A stretch of 64,000 nt of DNA from Eledone cirrhosa (Eukaryota), in assembly GCA_964016885.1 (NCBI GenBank), contig OZ024757.1:10726001-10790000 (forward strand). Direction: 5' to 3'. Position numbers and translations under genes: made by a program. The stretch's first letter is position 1. The number at the start of each line of letters is the position of its first letter. Positions 1-14,559 of this stretch are shown one piece after another. A model generated the notes under the pieces. The model was not told the DNA's origin. It saw only the letters and a program-made list of their open reading frames with translations, and did no database searches.

Positions 1-3000
1 TGGAGGTGGTGGTGGTAGTGTTGATGGTGGTGGCGGTGGTGGTGGTAGTGTTGATGGTGGTGGCGCTGGTGGTAGTGTTGATGGTGGTGGCGGTGGTGGT
101 AGTGTTGATGGTGGTGGCGGTGGTGGTAGTGTTGATGGTGGTGGTGGCGGTGGTGGTAGTGTTGATGGTGGTGGCGGTGGTGGTGGTAGTGTTGATGGTG
201 GTGGCGGTGGTGGTAGAGTTGATGGTGATGGCGGTGGTTGTAGTGTTGATGGTGGTGGCGGTGGTGGTAGTGTTGATGGTGGTGGCGGTGGTAGTAGTGT
301 TGAGTGTGGTGGTGGTGTTGGTGGTAGTGTTGATGGTGGTGGCGGTGGTGGTGGTAGTGTTGATGGTGGTGGCGGTGGTGGTAGAGTTGATGGTGATGGT
401 GGTGGTGGTAGTGTTGATGGTGGTGGCGGTGGTGGTAGTGTTGATGGTGGTGGCAGTGGTGGTAGTGTTGATGGTGCTGGAGGTGTTGGTGGTAGTGTTG
501 ATGGTGGTGGCGGTGGTGGTGGTAGTGTTGATGGTGGTGGCGGTGGTGGTAGTGTTGATGGTGGTGGCGGTGGTGGTAGTGTTGATCGTGGTGGTGGTGG
601 TGGCAGTGTTGATGGTGGTGGCGGTGGTGATGGTAGTGTTGATGGTGGTGGCGGTGGCGGTGGTAGTGTTGTTGGTGGTGGCGGTGGTGGTAGTATTGAT
701 GGTGGTGGCGGTGGTGGTAGTATTGATGATGGTGGCGGTGGTGGTGGTAGTATTGATGGTGGTGGCGGTGGTGGTAGTGTTGATGGCGGTGGTGCTGGTA
801 GTGTTGATGGTGGTGACTGTGGTGGTGGTAGTGTTGATGGTGGTGGCGGTGGTGGTAGTGTTGATGGTGGTGGTGGTAGTGTTGATGGTGGTGGCGGTGG
901 TGGTAGTGTTGATGGCGGTGGCGGTGGTGGTAGTGTTGAGTGTGGTGGAGGTGTTGGTGGTAGTGTTCATGGTGGTGGCGGTGGTGGTGGTAGTGTTTCT
1001 GGTGGTGGCGGTGGTGGTAGAGTTGATGGTGATGGTGGTGGTGGTAGTGTTGATGGTGGTGGCGGTGGTGGTAGTGTTGATGGTGGTGGCGGTGGTGGTA
1101 GTGTTGATGGTGCTGGAGGTGTTGGTGGTAGTGTTGATGGTGGTGGCGGTGGTGGTGGTAGTGTTGATGGTGGTGGCGGTGGTGGTAGTGTTGATGGTGG
1201 TGGCGGTGGTGGTGGTGGTGGCAGTGTTGATGGTGGTGGCGGTGGTGATGGTAGTTTTGATGGTGGTGGCGGTGGTGGTGGTAGTGTTGTTGGTGGTGGC
1301 GGTGGTGGTAGTGTTGATGGTGGTGGCGGTGGTGGTAGTATTGATGATGGTGGCGGTGGTGGTGGTAGTGTTGATGGTGGTGGCGGTGGTGGTACTGTTG
1401 ATGGTGGTGGAGGTGGTGGTGGTAGTGTTGATGGTGGTGGCGGTGGTGGTGGTAGTGTTGATGGTGGTGGCGGTGGTGGTAGAGTTGATGGTGATGGCGG
1501 TGGTGGTAGTGTTGATGGTGGAGGTGGTGGTGGTAGTGTTGATGGTGGTGGCGGTGGTGGTGGTAGTGTTGATGGTGGTGGCGGTGGTGGTAGAGTTGAT
1601 GGTGATGGCGGTGGTGGTAGTGTTGATGGTGGTGGCGGTGGAGGTAGTGTTGATGGTGGTGGCGGTGGTGGTAGGTTTGAGTATGGTGGAGGTGTTGGTG
1701 GTAGTGTTGATGGTGGTCGCGGTGGTGGTGGTAGTGTTGATGGTGGTGGCGGTGGTGGTAGAGTTGATGGTGATAGTGGTGGTGGTAGTGTTGATGGTGG
1801 TGGCGGTGGTGGTAGTGTTGATGGTGGTGGCGGTGGTGGTAGTGTTGATGGTGGTGGCGGTGGTGGTAGTGTTGAGTATGGTGGAGGTGTTGGTGGTAGT
1901 GTTGATGGTGGTGGCGGTGGTGGTGGTAGTGTTGATGGTGGTGGCGGTGGTGGTAGTGTTGATGGTGGTGGCGGTGGTGGTAGTGTTGATGGTGGTGGCG
2001 GTGGTGGTAGTGTTGATGGTGGCGGTGGCGGTGGTGGTAGTGTTGATGGTGGTGGCGGTGGTGGTGGTAGTGTTGATGGTGGTGGCGGTGGTGGTAGAGT
2101 TGATGGTGATGGCGGTGGTGGTAGTGTTGATGGTGGTGGCGGTGGTGGTGGTAGTGTTGATGGTGGTGGCGGTGGTGGTAGAGTTGATGGTGATGGTGGT
2201 GGTGGTAGTGTTGATGGTGGTGGCGGTGGTGGTAGTGTTGATGGTGGTGGCGGTGGTGGTAGTGTTGATGGTGCTGGAGGTGTTGGTGGTAGTGTTGATG
2301 GTGGTGGCGGTGGTGGTGGTAGTGTTGATGGTGGTGGCGGTGGTGGTAGTGTTGATGTTGGTGGCGGTGGTGGTAGTGTTGATGGTGGTGGCGGTGGTGG
2401 TAGTGTTGATGGTGGTGGCGGTGGTGGTAGTGTTGATGGTGGTGGTGCCGGTGGTGGTAGTGTTGATGGTGGTTGCGGTGGTGGTGGTAGTGTTGATGGT
2501 GGTGGCGGTGGCGGTGGTGGTAGAGTTGATGGTGATGGCGGTGGTGGTAGTGTTGATGGTGGTGGCGGTGGAGGTAGTGTTGATGGTGGTGGCGGTGTTG
2601 GTAGTGTTGAGTATGGTGGAGGTGTTGGTGGTAGTGTTGATGGTGGTGGCGGTGGTGGTGGTAGTGTTGATGGTGGTGGCGGTGGTGGTAGAGTTGATGG
2701 TGATGGTGGTGGTGGTAGTGTTGATGGTGGTGGCGGTGGTGGTAGTGTTGATGGTGGTGGCGGTGGTGGTAGTGTTGATGGTGCTGGAGGTGTTGGTGGT
2801 AGTGTTGATGGTGGTGGCGGTGGTGGTGGTAGTGTTGATGGTGGTGGCGATGGTGGTAGGGTTGATGGTGGTGGCGGTGGTGGTAGTGTTGATCGTGGCG
2901 GTGGTGGTGGCAGTGTTGATGGTGGTGGCGGTGGTGATGGTAGTGTTGATGGTGGTGGCGGTGGTGGTGATAGTGTTGATGGTGGTGGCGGTGGTGGCAC

Positions 3001-6000
3001 TGTTGATGGTGGTGGCGGTGGTGGTAGTAATGATGATGGTGGCGGTGGTGGTGGTAGTATTGATGGTGGTGGCGGTGGTGGTAGTGTTGATGGTGGTGGC
3101 GGTGGTGCTGGTAGTGTTGATGGTGGTGACTGTGGTGGTGGTAGTGTTGATGGTGGTGGTGGTAGTGTTGATGGTGGTGGCGGTGGTGGTAGTATTGATG
3201 ATGGTGGCGGTGGTGGTGGTAGTATTGATGGTGGTGGCGGTGGTGGTAGTGTTGATGGTGGTGGCGGTGGTGCTGGTAGTGTTGATGGTGGTGACTGTGG
3301 TGGTGGTAGTGTTGATGGTGGTGGCGGTGGTGGTAGTGTTCATGGTGGTGGCGGTGGTGGTAGTATTGATGGTGGTGGTGCTAGTGTTGATGATGGTGGC
3401 GGTGGTGGTAGTGTTGATGGCGGTGGCGGTGGTGGTAGTGTTGATGGTGATGGCGGTGGTGGTAGTGTTGATGGTGGTGGCGGTGGTGGTGGTAGTGTTG
3501 ATGGTGGTGGCGGTGGTGGTAGAGTTGATGGTGATGGCGGTGGTGGTAGTGTTGATGGTGGTGGTGCTAGTGTTGATGATGGTGGCGGTGGTGGTAGTGT
3601 TGATGGCGGTGGCGGTGGTGGTAGTGTTGATGGTGATGGCGGTGGTGGTAGTGTTGATGGTGGTGGCGGTGGTGGTGGTAGTGTTGATGGTGGTGGCGGT
3701 GGTGGTAGAGTTGATGGTGATGGCGGTGGTGGTAGTGTTGATGGTGGTGGCGGTGGTGGTAGTGTTGATGGTGGTGGCGGTGGTGGTGGTAGTGTTGATG
3801 GTGGTGGCGATGGTGGTAGTGTTGATGGTGGTGGCGGTGGTGGTTGTGTTGATCGTGGCGGTGGTGGTGGCAGTGTTGATGGTGGTGGCGGTGGTGATGG
3901 GAGTGTTGATGGTGGTGGCGGTGGTGGTGGTAGTGTTGATGGTGGTGGCGGTGGTGGTAGTGTTGATGGTGGTGGCGGTGGTGGTAGTATTGATGATGAT
4001 GGCGGTGGTGGTGGAAGTATTGATGGTGGTGGCGGTGGTGGTAGTGTTGATGGTGGTGGCGGTGGTGCTGGTAGTGTTGATGGTGGTGACTGTGGTGGTG
4101 GTAGTGTTGATGGTGGTCGCGATGGTGGTAGTGTTGATCGTGGTGGTGGTGGTGGCAGTGTTGATGGTGGTGGCGGTGGTGATGGTAGTGTTGATGGTGG
4201 TGGCGGTGGTGGTGGTAGTGTTGATGGTGGTGGCGGTGGTGGTAGTGTTGATGGTGGTGGCGGTGGTGGTAGTATTGATGATGGTGGCGGTGGTGGTGGT
4301 AGTATTGATCGTGGTGGTGGTGGTGGCAGTGTTGATGGTGGTGGCGGTGGTGATGGTAGTGTTGATGGTGGTGGCGGTGGTGGTGGTAGTGTTGAGGGTG
4401 GTGGCGGTGGTGGTAGTGTTGATGGTGGTGGCGGTGGTGGTAGTATTGATGATGGTGGCGGTGGTGGTGGTATTTTTGATGGTGGTGGCGGTGGTGGTAG
4501 TGTTGATGGTGGTGGCGGTGGTGCTAGTAGTGTTGAGGGTGGTGACTGTGGTGGTGGTAGTGTTGATGGTGGTGGCGGTGGTGGTAGTGTTCATGGTGGT
4601 GGCGGTGGTGGTAGTGTTGATGGTGGTGGTGCTAGTGTTGATGATGGTGGCGGTGGTGGTAGTGTTGATGGCGGTGGCGGTGGTGGTAGTGTTGATGGTG
4701 ATGGCGGTGGTGGTAGTGTTGATGGTGGAGGTGGTGGTGGTAGTGTTGATGGTGGTGCCGGTGGTGGTGGTAGTGTTGATGGTGGTGGCGCTGGTGGTAG
4801 TGTTGATGGTGGTGGCGGTGGTGGTAGTGTTGATGGTGGTGGCGGTGGTGGTAGTGTTGATGGTGGTGGTGGCGGTGGTGGTAGTGTTGATGGTGGTGGC
4901 GGTGGTGGTGGTAGTGTTGATGGTGGTGGCGGTGGTGGTAGAGTTGATGGTGATGGCGGTGGTTGTAGTGTTGATGGTGGTGGCGGTGGTGGTAGTGTTG
5001 ATGGTGGTGGCGGTGGTAGTAGTGTTGAGTGTGGTGGAGGTGTTGGTGGTAGTGTTGATGGTGGTGGCGGTGGTGGTGGTAGAGTTGATGGTGATGGTGG
5101 TGGTGGTAGTGTTGATGGTGGTGGCGGTGGTGGTAGTGTTGATGGTGGTGGCAGTGGTGGTAGTGTTGATGGTGCTGGAGGTGTTGGTGGTAGTGTTGAT
5201 GGTGGTGGCGGTGGTGGTGGTAGTGTTGATGGTGGTGGCGGTGGTGGTAGTGTTGATGGTGGTGGCGGTGGTGGTAGTGTTGATCGTGGTGGTGGTGGTG
5301 GCAGTGTTGATGGTGGTGGCGGTGGTGATGGTTGTGTTGATGGTGGTGGCGGTGGCGGTGGTAGTGTTGTTGGTGGTGGCGGTGGTGGTAGTATTGATGG
5401 TGGTGGCGGTGGTGGTAGTATTGATGATGGTGGCGGTGGTGGTGGTAGTATTGATGGTGGTGGCGGTGGTGGTAGTGTTGATGGCGGTGGTGCTGGTAGT
5501 GTTGATGGTGGTGACTGTGGTGGTGGTAGTGTTGATGGTGGTGGCGGTGGTGGTAGTGTTGATGGTGGTGGTGGTAGTGTTGATGGTGGTGGCGGTGGTG
5601 GTAGTGTTGATGGCGGTGGCGGTGGTGGTAGTGTTGATGGTGATGGCGGTGATGTTGGTGTTGATGGTGGTGGCGGTGGTGGTGGTAGTATTGATGGTGG
5701 TGGCGGTGGTGGTAGTGTTGATGGTGGTGGCGGTGGTGGTGGTAGTGTTGATGGTGGTGGCGGTGGTGGTAGTGTTGATGGTGGTGGCGGTGGTGGTGGT
5801 AGTGTTGATGGTGGTGGCGGTGGTTGTGGTAGAGTTGATGGTGGCGGCGGTGGTGGTAGTGTTGATGGTGTTCGCCGTGGTGGTAGTGTTGATGGTGGTG
5901 GCGGTGGTGGTGGTAGTGTTGATGTTGATGGCGGTGGTGGTAGTGTTGATGGTGGTGGCGGAGGTGGTAGTGTTGATGGTGGTCGTGGTGGTGGTAGTGT

Positions 6001-9000
6001 TGATGGTGGTGGTGGTGGTGGTACTGTTGATGGTGGTGGAGGTGGTGGTGGTAGTGTTGATGGTGGTGGCGGTGGTGGTGGTAGTGTTGATGGTGGTGGT
6101 GGTAGTGTTGATGGTGGTGGCGGTGGTTGTAGTGTTGATGGCGGTGGCGGTGGTGGTAGTATTGATGGTGATGGCGGTGGTGGTAGTGTTGATGGTGGAG
6201 GTGGTGGTGGTAGTGTTGATGGTGGTGGCGGTGGTGGTGGTAGTGTTGATGGTGGTGGCGGTGGTGGTAGAGTTGATGGTGATGGCGGTGGTGGTAGTGT
6301 TGATGGTGGTGGCGGTGGTGGTAGTGTTGATCGTGGTGGCGGTGGTGGTAGTGTTGAGTGTGGTGGAGGTGTTAGTGTTAGTGTTGATGGTGGTGGCGGT
6401 GGTGGTGGTAGTGTTGATGGTGGTGGCGGTGGTGGTATTGTTGATGGTGGTGGCGGTGGTGGTAGTGTTGATGGTGGTGGCGGTGGTGGTGGTATTTTTG
6501 ATGGTGGTGGCGGTGGTGGTAGTGTTGATGGTGGTGGCGGTGGTGCTAGTAGTGTTGAGGGTGGTGACTGTGGTGGTGGTAGTGTTGATGGTGGTGGCGG
6601 TGGTGGTAGTGTTCATGGTGGTGGCGGTGGTGGTAGTGTTGATGGTGGTGGTGCTAGTGTTGATGATGGTGGCGGTGGTGGTAGTGTTGATGGCGGTGGC
6701 GGTGGTGGTAGTGTTGATGGTGATGGCGGTGGTGGTAGTGTTGATGGTGGAGGTGGTGGTGGTAGTGTTGATGGTGGTGCCGGTGGTGGTGGTAGTGTTG
6801 ATGGTGGTGGCGCTGGTGGTAGTGTTGATGGTGGTGGCGGTGGTGGTAGTGTTGATGGTGGTGGCGGTGGTGGTAGTGTTGATGGTGGTGGTGGCGGTGG
6901 TGGTAGTGTTGATGGTGGTGGCGGTGGTGGTGGTAGTGTTGATGGTGGTGGCGGTGGTGGTAGAGTTGATGGTGATGGCGGTGGTTGTAGTGTTGATGGT
7001 GGTGGCGGTGGTGGTAGTGTTGATGGTGGTGGCGGTGGTAGTAGTGTTGAGTGTGGTGGAGGTGTTGGTGGTAGTGTTGATGGTGGTGGCGGTGGTGGTG
7101 GTAGAGTTGATGGTGATGGTGGTGTGGTAGTGTTGATGGTGGTGGCGGTGGTGGTAGTGTTGATGGTGGTGGCAGTGGTGGTAGTGTTGATGGTGCTGGA
7201 GGTGTTGGTGGTAGTGTTGATGGTGGTGGCGGTGGTGGTGGTAGTGTTGATGGTGGTGGCGGTGGTGGTAGTGTTGATGGTGGTGGCGGTGGTGGTAGTG
7301 TTGATCGTGGTGGTGGTGGTGGCAGTGTTGATGGTGGTGGCGGTGGTGATGGTAGTGTTGATGGTGGTGGCGGTGGCGGTGGTAGTGTTGTTGGTGGTGG
7401 CGGTGGTGGTAGTGTTGATGGTGGTGGCGGTGGTGGTAGTATTGATGATGGTGGCGGTGGTGGTGGTAGTATTGATGGTGGTGGCGGTGGTGGTAGTGTT
7501 GATGGCGGTGGTGCTGGTAGTGTTGATGGTGGTGACTGTGGTGGTGGTAGTGTTGATGGTGGTGGCGGTGGTGGTAGTGTTGATGGTGGTGGTGGTAGTG
7601 TTGATGGTGGTGGCGGTGGTGGTAGTGTTGATGGCGGTGGCGGTGGTGGTAGTGTTGATGGTGATGGCGGTGATGTTGGTGTTGATGGTGGTGGCGGTGG
7701 TGGTGGTAGTATTGATGGTGGTGGCGGTGGTGGTAGTGTTGATGGTGGTGGCGGTGGTGGTGGTAGTGTTGATGGTGGTGGCGGTGGTTGTGGTAGAGTT
7801 GATGGTGGCGGCGGTGGTGGTAGTGTTGATGGTGTTCGCCGTGGTGGTAGTGTTGATGGTGGTGGCGGTGGTGGTGGTAGTGTTGATGTTGATGGCGGTG
7901 GTGGTAGTGTTGATGGTGGTGGCGGAGGTGGTAGTGTTGATGGTGGTCGTGGTGGTGGTAGTGTTGATGGTGGTGGTGGTGGTGGTACTGTTGATGGTGG
8001 TGGAGGTGGTGGTGGTAGTGTTGATGGTGGTGGCGGTGGTGGTGGTAGTGTTGATGGTGGTGGTGGTAGTGTTGATGGTGGTGGCGGTGGTTGTAGTGTT
8101 GATGGCGGTGGCGGTGGTGGTAGTATTGATGGTGATGGCGGTGGTGGTAGTGTTGATGGTGGAGGTGGTGGTGGTAGTGTTGATGGTGGTGGCGGTGGTG
8201 GTGGTAGTGTTGATGGTGGTGGCGGTGGTGGTAGATTTGATGGTGATGGCGGTGGTGGTAGTGTTGATGGTGGTGGCGGTGGTGGTAGTGTTGATCGTGG
8301 TGGCGGTGGTGGTAGTGTTGAGTGTGGTGGAGGTGTTAGTGTTAGTGTTGATGGTGGTGGCGGTGGTGGTGGTAGTGTTGATGGTGGTGGCGGTGGTGGT
8401 ATTGTTGATGGTGGTGGCGGTGGTGGTAGTGTTGATGGTGGTGGCGGTGGTGGTAGTGTTGATGGTGGTGGCGGTGGTGGTGGTAGTGTTGATGGTGGTG
8501 GCGGTGGTGGTAGAGTTGATGGTGATGGCGGTGGTGGTAGTGTTGATTGTGGTGGCGGTGGTGGTAGTGTTGATGGTGGTGGCGGTGGTGGTAGTGTTGA
8601 GTGTGGTGGAGGTGTTGGTGGTAGTGTTGATGGTGGTGGCGATGGTGGTGGTAGTGTTGATGGTGGTGGCGGTGGTGGTAGAGTTGATGGTGATGGCAGT
8701 GGTGGTAGTGTTGATGGTGGAGGTGGTGGTGGTACTGTTGATGGTGGTGGAGGTGGTGGTGGTAGTGTTGATGGTGGTGGCGGTGGTGGTAGTGTTGAGT
8801 GTGGTGGAGGTGGTGGTAGTGTTGATGGTGGTGCCGGTGGTGGTAGTGTTGATGGTGGTGGCGGTGGTGGTAGTGTTGATGGTGGTGGTGGCGGTGGTGG
8901 TAGTGTTGATGGTGGTTGCGGTGGTGGTGGTAGTGTTGATGGTGGTGGCGGAGGTGGTAGAGTTGATGGTGATGGCGGTGGTGGTAGTGTTGATGGTGGT

Positions 9001-10089
9001 GGCGGTGGAGGTAGTGTTGATGGTGGTGCCGGTGGTGGTAGAGTTGAGTATGGTGGAGGTGTTGGTGGTAGTGTTGATCGTGGCGGTGGTGGTGGCAGTG
9101 TTGATGGTGGTGGCGGTGGTGATGGGAGTGTTGATGGTGGTGGCGGAGGTGGTGGTAGTGTTGATGGTGGTGGCGGTGGTGGTAGTGTTGATGGTGGTGG
9201 CGGTGGTGGTAGTATTGATGATGATGGCGGTGGTGGTGGAAGTATTGATGGTGGTGGCGGTGGTGGTAGTGTTGATGGTGGTGGCGGTGGTGCTGGTAGT
9301 GTTGATGGTGGTGACTGTGGTGGTGGTAGTGTTGATGGTGGTCGCGATGGTGGTAGTGTTGATGGTGGTGGCGGTGGTGGTAGTGTTGATCGTGGTGGTG
9401 GTGGTGGCAGTGTTGATGGTGGTGGCGGTGGTGATGGTAGTGTTGATGGTGGTGGCGGTGGTGGTGGTAGTGTTGATGGTGGTGGCGGTGGTGGTAGTGT
9501 TGATGGTGGTGGCGGTGGTGGTAGTATTGATGATGGTGGCGGTGGTGGTGGTAGTATTGATAGTGGTGGTGGTGGTGGCAGTGTTGATGGTGGTGGCGGT
9601 GGTGATGGTAGTGTTGATGGTGGTGGCGGTGGTGGTGGTAGTGTTGAGGGTGGTGGCGGTGGTGGTAGTGTTGATGGTGGTGGCGGTGGTGGTAGTATTG
9701 ATGATGGTGGCGGTGGTGGTGGTATTTTTGATGGTGGTGGCGGTGGTGGTAGTGTTGATGGTGGTGGCGGTGGTGCTAGTAGTGTTGAGGGTGGTGACTG
9801 TGGTGGTGGTAGTGTTGATGGTGGTGGCGGTGGTGGTAGTGTTCATGGTGGTGGCGGTGGTGGTAGTGTTGATGGTGGTGGTGCTAGTGTTGATGATGGT
9901 GGCGGTGGTGGTAGTGTTGATGGCGGTGGCGGTGGTGGTAGTGTTGATGGTGATGGCGGTGGTGGTAGTGTTGATGGTGGAGGTGGTGGTGGTAGTGTTG
10001 ATGGTGGTGGCGGTGGTGGTGGTAGTGTTGATGGTGGTGGCGCTGGTGGTAGTGTTGATGGAGGTGGCGGTGGTGGTAGTGTTGATGGT

Positions 10090-13000
10090 GGTGGCGGTGG
10101 TGGTAGTGTTGATGGTGGTGGTGGCGGTGGTGGTAGTGTTGATGGTGGTGGCGGTGGTGGTGGTAGTGTTGATGGTGGTGGCGGTGGTGGTAGAGTTGAT
10201 GGTGATGGCGGTGGTTGTAGTGTTGATGGTGGTGGCGGTGGTGGTAGTGTTGATGGTGGTGGCGGTGGTAGTAGTGTTGAGTGTGGTGGAGGTGTTGGTG
10301 GTTGTGTTGATGGTGGTGGCGGTGGTGGTGGTAGTGTTGATGGTGGTGGCGGTGGTGGTAGAGTTGATGGTGATGGTGGTGGTGGTAGTGTTGATGGTGG
10401 TGGCGGTGGTGGTAGTGTTGATGGTGGTGGCAGTGGTGGTAGTGTTGATGGTGCTGGAGGTGTTGGTGGTAGTGTTGATGGTGGTGGCGGTGGTGGTGGT
10501 AGTGTTGATGGTGGTGGCGGTGGTGGTAGTGTTGATGGTGGTGGCGGTGGTGGTAGTGTTGATCGTGGTGGTGGTGGCAGTGTTGATGGTGGTGGCGGTG
10601 GTGATGGTAGTGTTGATGGTGGTGGCGGTGGCGGTGGTAGTGTTGTTGGTGGTGGCGGTGGTGGTAGTATTGCTGGTGGTGGCGGTGGTGGTAGTATTGA
10701 TGATGGTGGCGGTGGTGGTGGTAGTATTGATGGTGGTGGCGGTGGTGGTAGTGTTGATGGCGGTGGTGCTGGTAGTGTTGATGGTGGTGACTGTGGTGGT
10801 GTTAGTGTTGATGGTGGTGGCGGTGGTGGTAGTGTTGATGGTGGTGGTGGTAGTGTTGATGGTGGTGGCGGTGGTGGTAGTGTTGATGGCGGTGGCGGTG
10901 GTGGTAGTGTTGATGGTGATGGCGGTGATGTTGGTGTTGATGGTGGTGGCGGTGGTGGTGGTAGTATTGATGGTGGTGGCGGTGGTGGTAGTGTTGATGG
11001 TGGTGGCGGTGGTGGTGGTAGTGTTGATGGTGGTGGCGGTGGTTGTGGTAGAGTTGATGGTGGTGGCGGTGGTTGTAGTGTTGATGGTGTTCGCCGTGGT
11101 GGTAGTGTTGATGGTGGTGGCGGTGGTGGTGGTAGTGTTGATGTTGATGGCGGTGGTGGTAGTGTTGATGGTGGTGGCGGAGGTGGTAGTGTTGATGGTG
11201 GTCGTGGTGGTGGTAGTGTTGATGGTGGTGGTGGTGGTGGTACTGTTGATGGTGGTGGAGGTGGTGGTGGTAGTGTTGATGGTGGTGGCGGTGGTGGTGG
11301 TAGTGTTGATGGTGGTGGTGGTAGTGTTAATGGTGGTGGCGGTGGTTGTAGTGTTGATGGCGGTGGCGGTGGTGGTAGTATTGATGGTGATGGCGGTGGT
11401 GGTAGTGTTGATGGTGGAGGTGGTGGTGGTAGTGTTGATGGTGGTGGCGGTGGTGGTGGTAGTGTTGATGGTGGTGGCGGTGGTGGTAGAGTTGATGGTG
11501 ATGGCGGTGGTGGTAGTGTTGATGGTGGTGGCGGTGGTGGTAGTGTTGATCGTGGTGGCGGTGGTGGTAGTGTTGAGTGTGGTGGAGGTGTTAGTGTTAG
11601 TGTTGATGGTGGTGGCGGTGGTGGTGGTAGTGTTGATGGTGGTGGCGGTGGTGGTATTGTTGATGGTGGTGGCGGTGGTGGTAGTGTTGATGGTGGTGGC
11701 GGTGGTGGTAGTGTTGATGGTGGTGGCGGTGGTGGTGGTAGTGTTGATGGTGGTGGCGGTGGTGGTAGAGTTGATGGTGATGGCGGTGGTGGTAGTGTTG
11801 ATTGTGGTGGCGGTGGTGGTAGTGTTGATGGTGGTGGCGGTGGTGGTAGTGTTGAGTGTCGTGGAGGTGTTGGTGGTAGTGTTGATGGTGGTGGCGATGG
11901 TGGTGGTAGTGTTGATGGTGGTGGCGGTGGTGGTAGAGTTGATGGTGATGGCGGTGGTGGTAGTGTTGATGGTGGAGGTGGTGGTGGTATTGTTGATGGT
12001 GGTGGAGGTGGTGGTGGTAGTGTTGATGGTGGTGGCGGTGGTGGTAGTGTTGATGGTGGTGGCGGTGGTGGTAGTGTTGATGGTGGTGGTGGCGGTGGTG
12101 GTAGTGTTGATGGTGGTGGCGGTGGTGGTGGTAGTGTTGATGGTGGTGGCGGTGGTGGTAGAGTTGATGGTGATGGCGGTGGTTGTAGTGTTGATGGTGG
12201 TGGCGGTGGTGGTAGTGTTGATGGTGGTGGCGGTGGTAGTAGTGTTGAGTGTGGTGGAGGTGTTGGTGGTTGTGTTGATGGTGGTGGCGGTGGTGGTGGT
12301 AGTGTTGATGGTGGTGGCGGTGGTGGTAGAGTTGATGGTGATGGTGGTGGTGGTAGTGTTGATGGTGGTGGCGGTGGTGGTAGTGTTGATGGTGGTGGCA
12401 GTGGTGGTAGTGTTGATGGTGCTGGAGGTGTTGGTGGTAGTGTTGATGGTGGTGGCGGTGGTGGTGGTAGTGTTGATGGTGGTGGCGGTGGTGGTAGTGT
12501 TGATGGTGGTGGCGGTGGTGGTAGTGTTGATCGTGGTGGTGGTGGCAGTGTTGATGGTGGTGGCGGTGGTGATGGTAGTGTTGATGGTGGTGGCGGTGGC
12601 GGTGGTAGTGTTGTTGGTGGTGGCGGTGGTGGTAGTATTGCTGGTGGTGGCGGTGGTGGTAGTATTGATGATGGTGGCGGTGGTGGTGGTAGTATTGATG
12701 GTGGTGGCGGTGGTGGTAGTGTTGATGGCGGTGGTGCTGGTAGTGTTGATGGTGGTGACTGTGGTGGTGGTAGTGTTGATGGTGGTGGCGGTGGTGGTAG
12801 TGTTGATGGTGGTGGTGGTAGTGTTGATGGTGGTGGCGGTGGTGGTAGTGTTGATGGCGGTGGCGGTGGTGGTAGTGTTGATGGTGATGGCGGTGATGTT
12901 GGTGTTGATGGTGGTGGCGGTGGTGGTGGTAGTATTGATGGTGGTGGCGGTGGTGGTAGTGTTGATGGTGGTGGCGGTGGTGGTGGTAGTGTTGATGGTG

Positions 13001-14030
13001 GTGGCGGTGGTTGTGGTAGAGTTGATGGTGGTGGCGGTGGTTGTAGTGTTGATGGTGTTCGCCGTGGTGGTAGTGTTGATGGTGGTGGCGGTGGTGGTGG
13101 TAGTGTTGATGTTGATGGCGGTGGTGGTAGTGTTGATGGTGGTGGCGGAGGTGGTAGTGTTGATGGTGGTCGTGGTGGTGGTAGTGTTGATGGTGGTGGT
13201 GGTGGTGGTACTGTTGATGGTGGTGGAGGTGGTGGTGGTAGTGTTGATGGTGGTGGCGGTGGTGGTGGTAGTGTTGATGGTGGTGGTGGTAGTGTTAATG
13301 GTGGTGGCGGTGGTTGTAGTGTTGATGGCGGTGGCGGTGGTGGTAGTATTGATGGTGATGGCGGTGGTGGTAGTGTTGATGGTGGAGGTGGTGGTGGTAG
13401 TGTTGATGGTGGTGGCGGTGGTGGTGGTAGTGTTGATGGTGGTGGCGGTGGTGGTAGAGTTGATGGTGATGGCGGTGGTGGTAGTGTTGATGGTGGTGGC
13501 GGTGGTGGTAGTGTTGATCGTGGTGGCGGTGGTGGTAGTGTTGAGTGTGGTGGAGGTGTTAGTGTTAGTGTTGATGGTGGTGGCGGTGGTGGTGGTAGTG
13601 TTGATGGTGGTGGCGGTGGTGGTATTGTTGATGGTGGTGGCGGTGGTGGTAGTGTTGATGGTGGTGGCGGTGGTGGTAGTGTTGATGGTGGTGGCGGTGG
13701 TGGTGGTAGTGTTGATGGTGGTGGCGGTGGTGGTAGAGTTGATGGTGATGGCGGTGGTGGTAGTGTTGATTGTGGTGGCGGTGGTGGTAGTGTTGATGGT
13801 GGTGGCGGTGGTGGTAGTGTTGAGTGTCGTGGAGGTGTTGGTGGTAGTGTTGATGGTGGTGGCGATGGTGGTGGTAGTGTTGATGGTGGTGGCGGTGGTG
13901 GTAGAGTTGATGGTGATGGCGGTGGTGGTAGTGTTGATGGTGGAGGTGGTGGTGGTACTGTTGATGGTGGTGGAGGTGGTGGTGGTAGTGTTGATGGTGG
14001 TGGCGGTGGTGGTAGTGTTGAGTGTGGTGG
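10090..14030. repeat. Higher-order tandem duplication inside the array, period 1968 bp (boundaries approximate)
   Basis: Rare variants recur at the same offset: GAGTGTCGT at 11854 and 13822; GTTAATGG near 11328 and 13296. Confidence 0.85.
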
Positions 14031-14559
14031 AGGTGGTGGTGGTAGTGTTGATGGTGGTGGCGGTGGTGGTGGTAGTGTTGATGGTGGTGGCGGTGGTGGT
14101 AGTGTTGATGGTGGTGGCGGTGGTGGTAGTGTTGATGGTGGTGGCGGTGGTGGTAGTGTTGATGGTGGTGGTGGCGGTGGTGGTAGTGTTGATGGTGGTT
14201 GCGGTGGTGGTGGTAGTGTTGATGGTGGTGGCGGAGGTGGTAGAGTTGATGGTGATGGCGGTGGTGGTAGTGTTGATGGTGGTGGCGGTGGAGGTAGTGT
14301 TGATGGTGGTGGCGGTGGTGGTAGAGTTGAGTATGGTGGAGGTGTTGGTGGTAGTGTTGATGGTGGTGGCGGTGGTGGTGGTAGTGTTGATGGTGGTGGC
14401 GGTGGTGGTAGAGTTGATGGTGATGGTGGTGGTGGTAGTGTTGATGGTGGTGGCGGTGGTGGTAGTGTTGATGGTGGTGGCGGTGGTGGTAGTGTTGATG
14501 GTGCTGGAGGTGTTGGTTGTAGTGTTGATGGTGGTGGCGGTGGTGGTGGTAGTGTTGAT

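Noticed and set aside
967-3000. Extensin/formin-like (STLPPPPPP)n ORF on the minus strand
   Set aside because: This frame is frequently interrupted by stops elsewhere in the array; it is an alternative reading of the same repeat.
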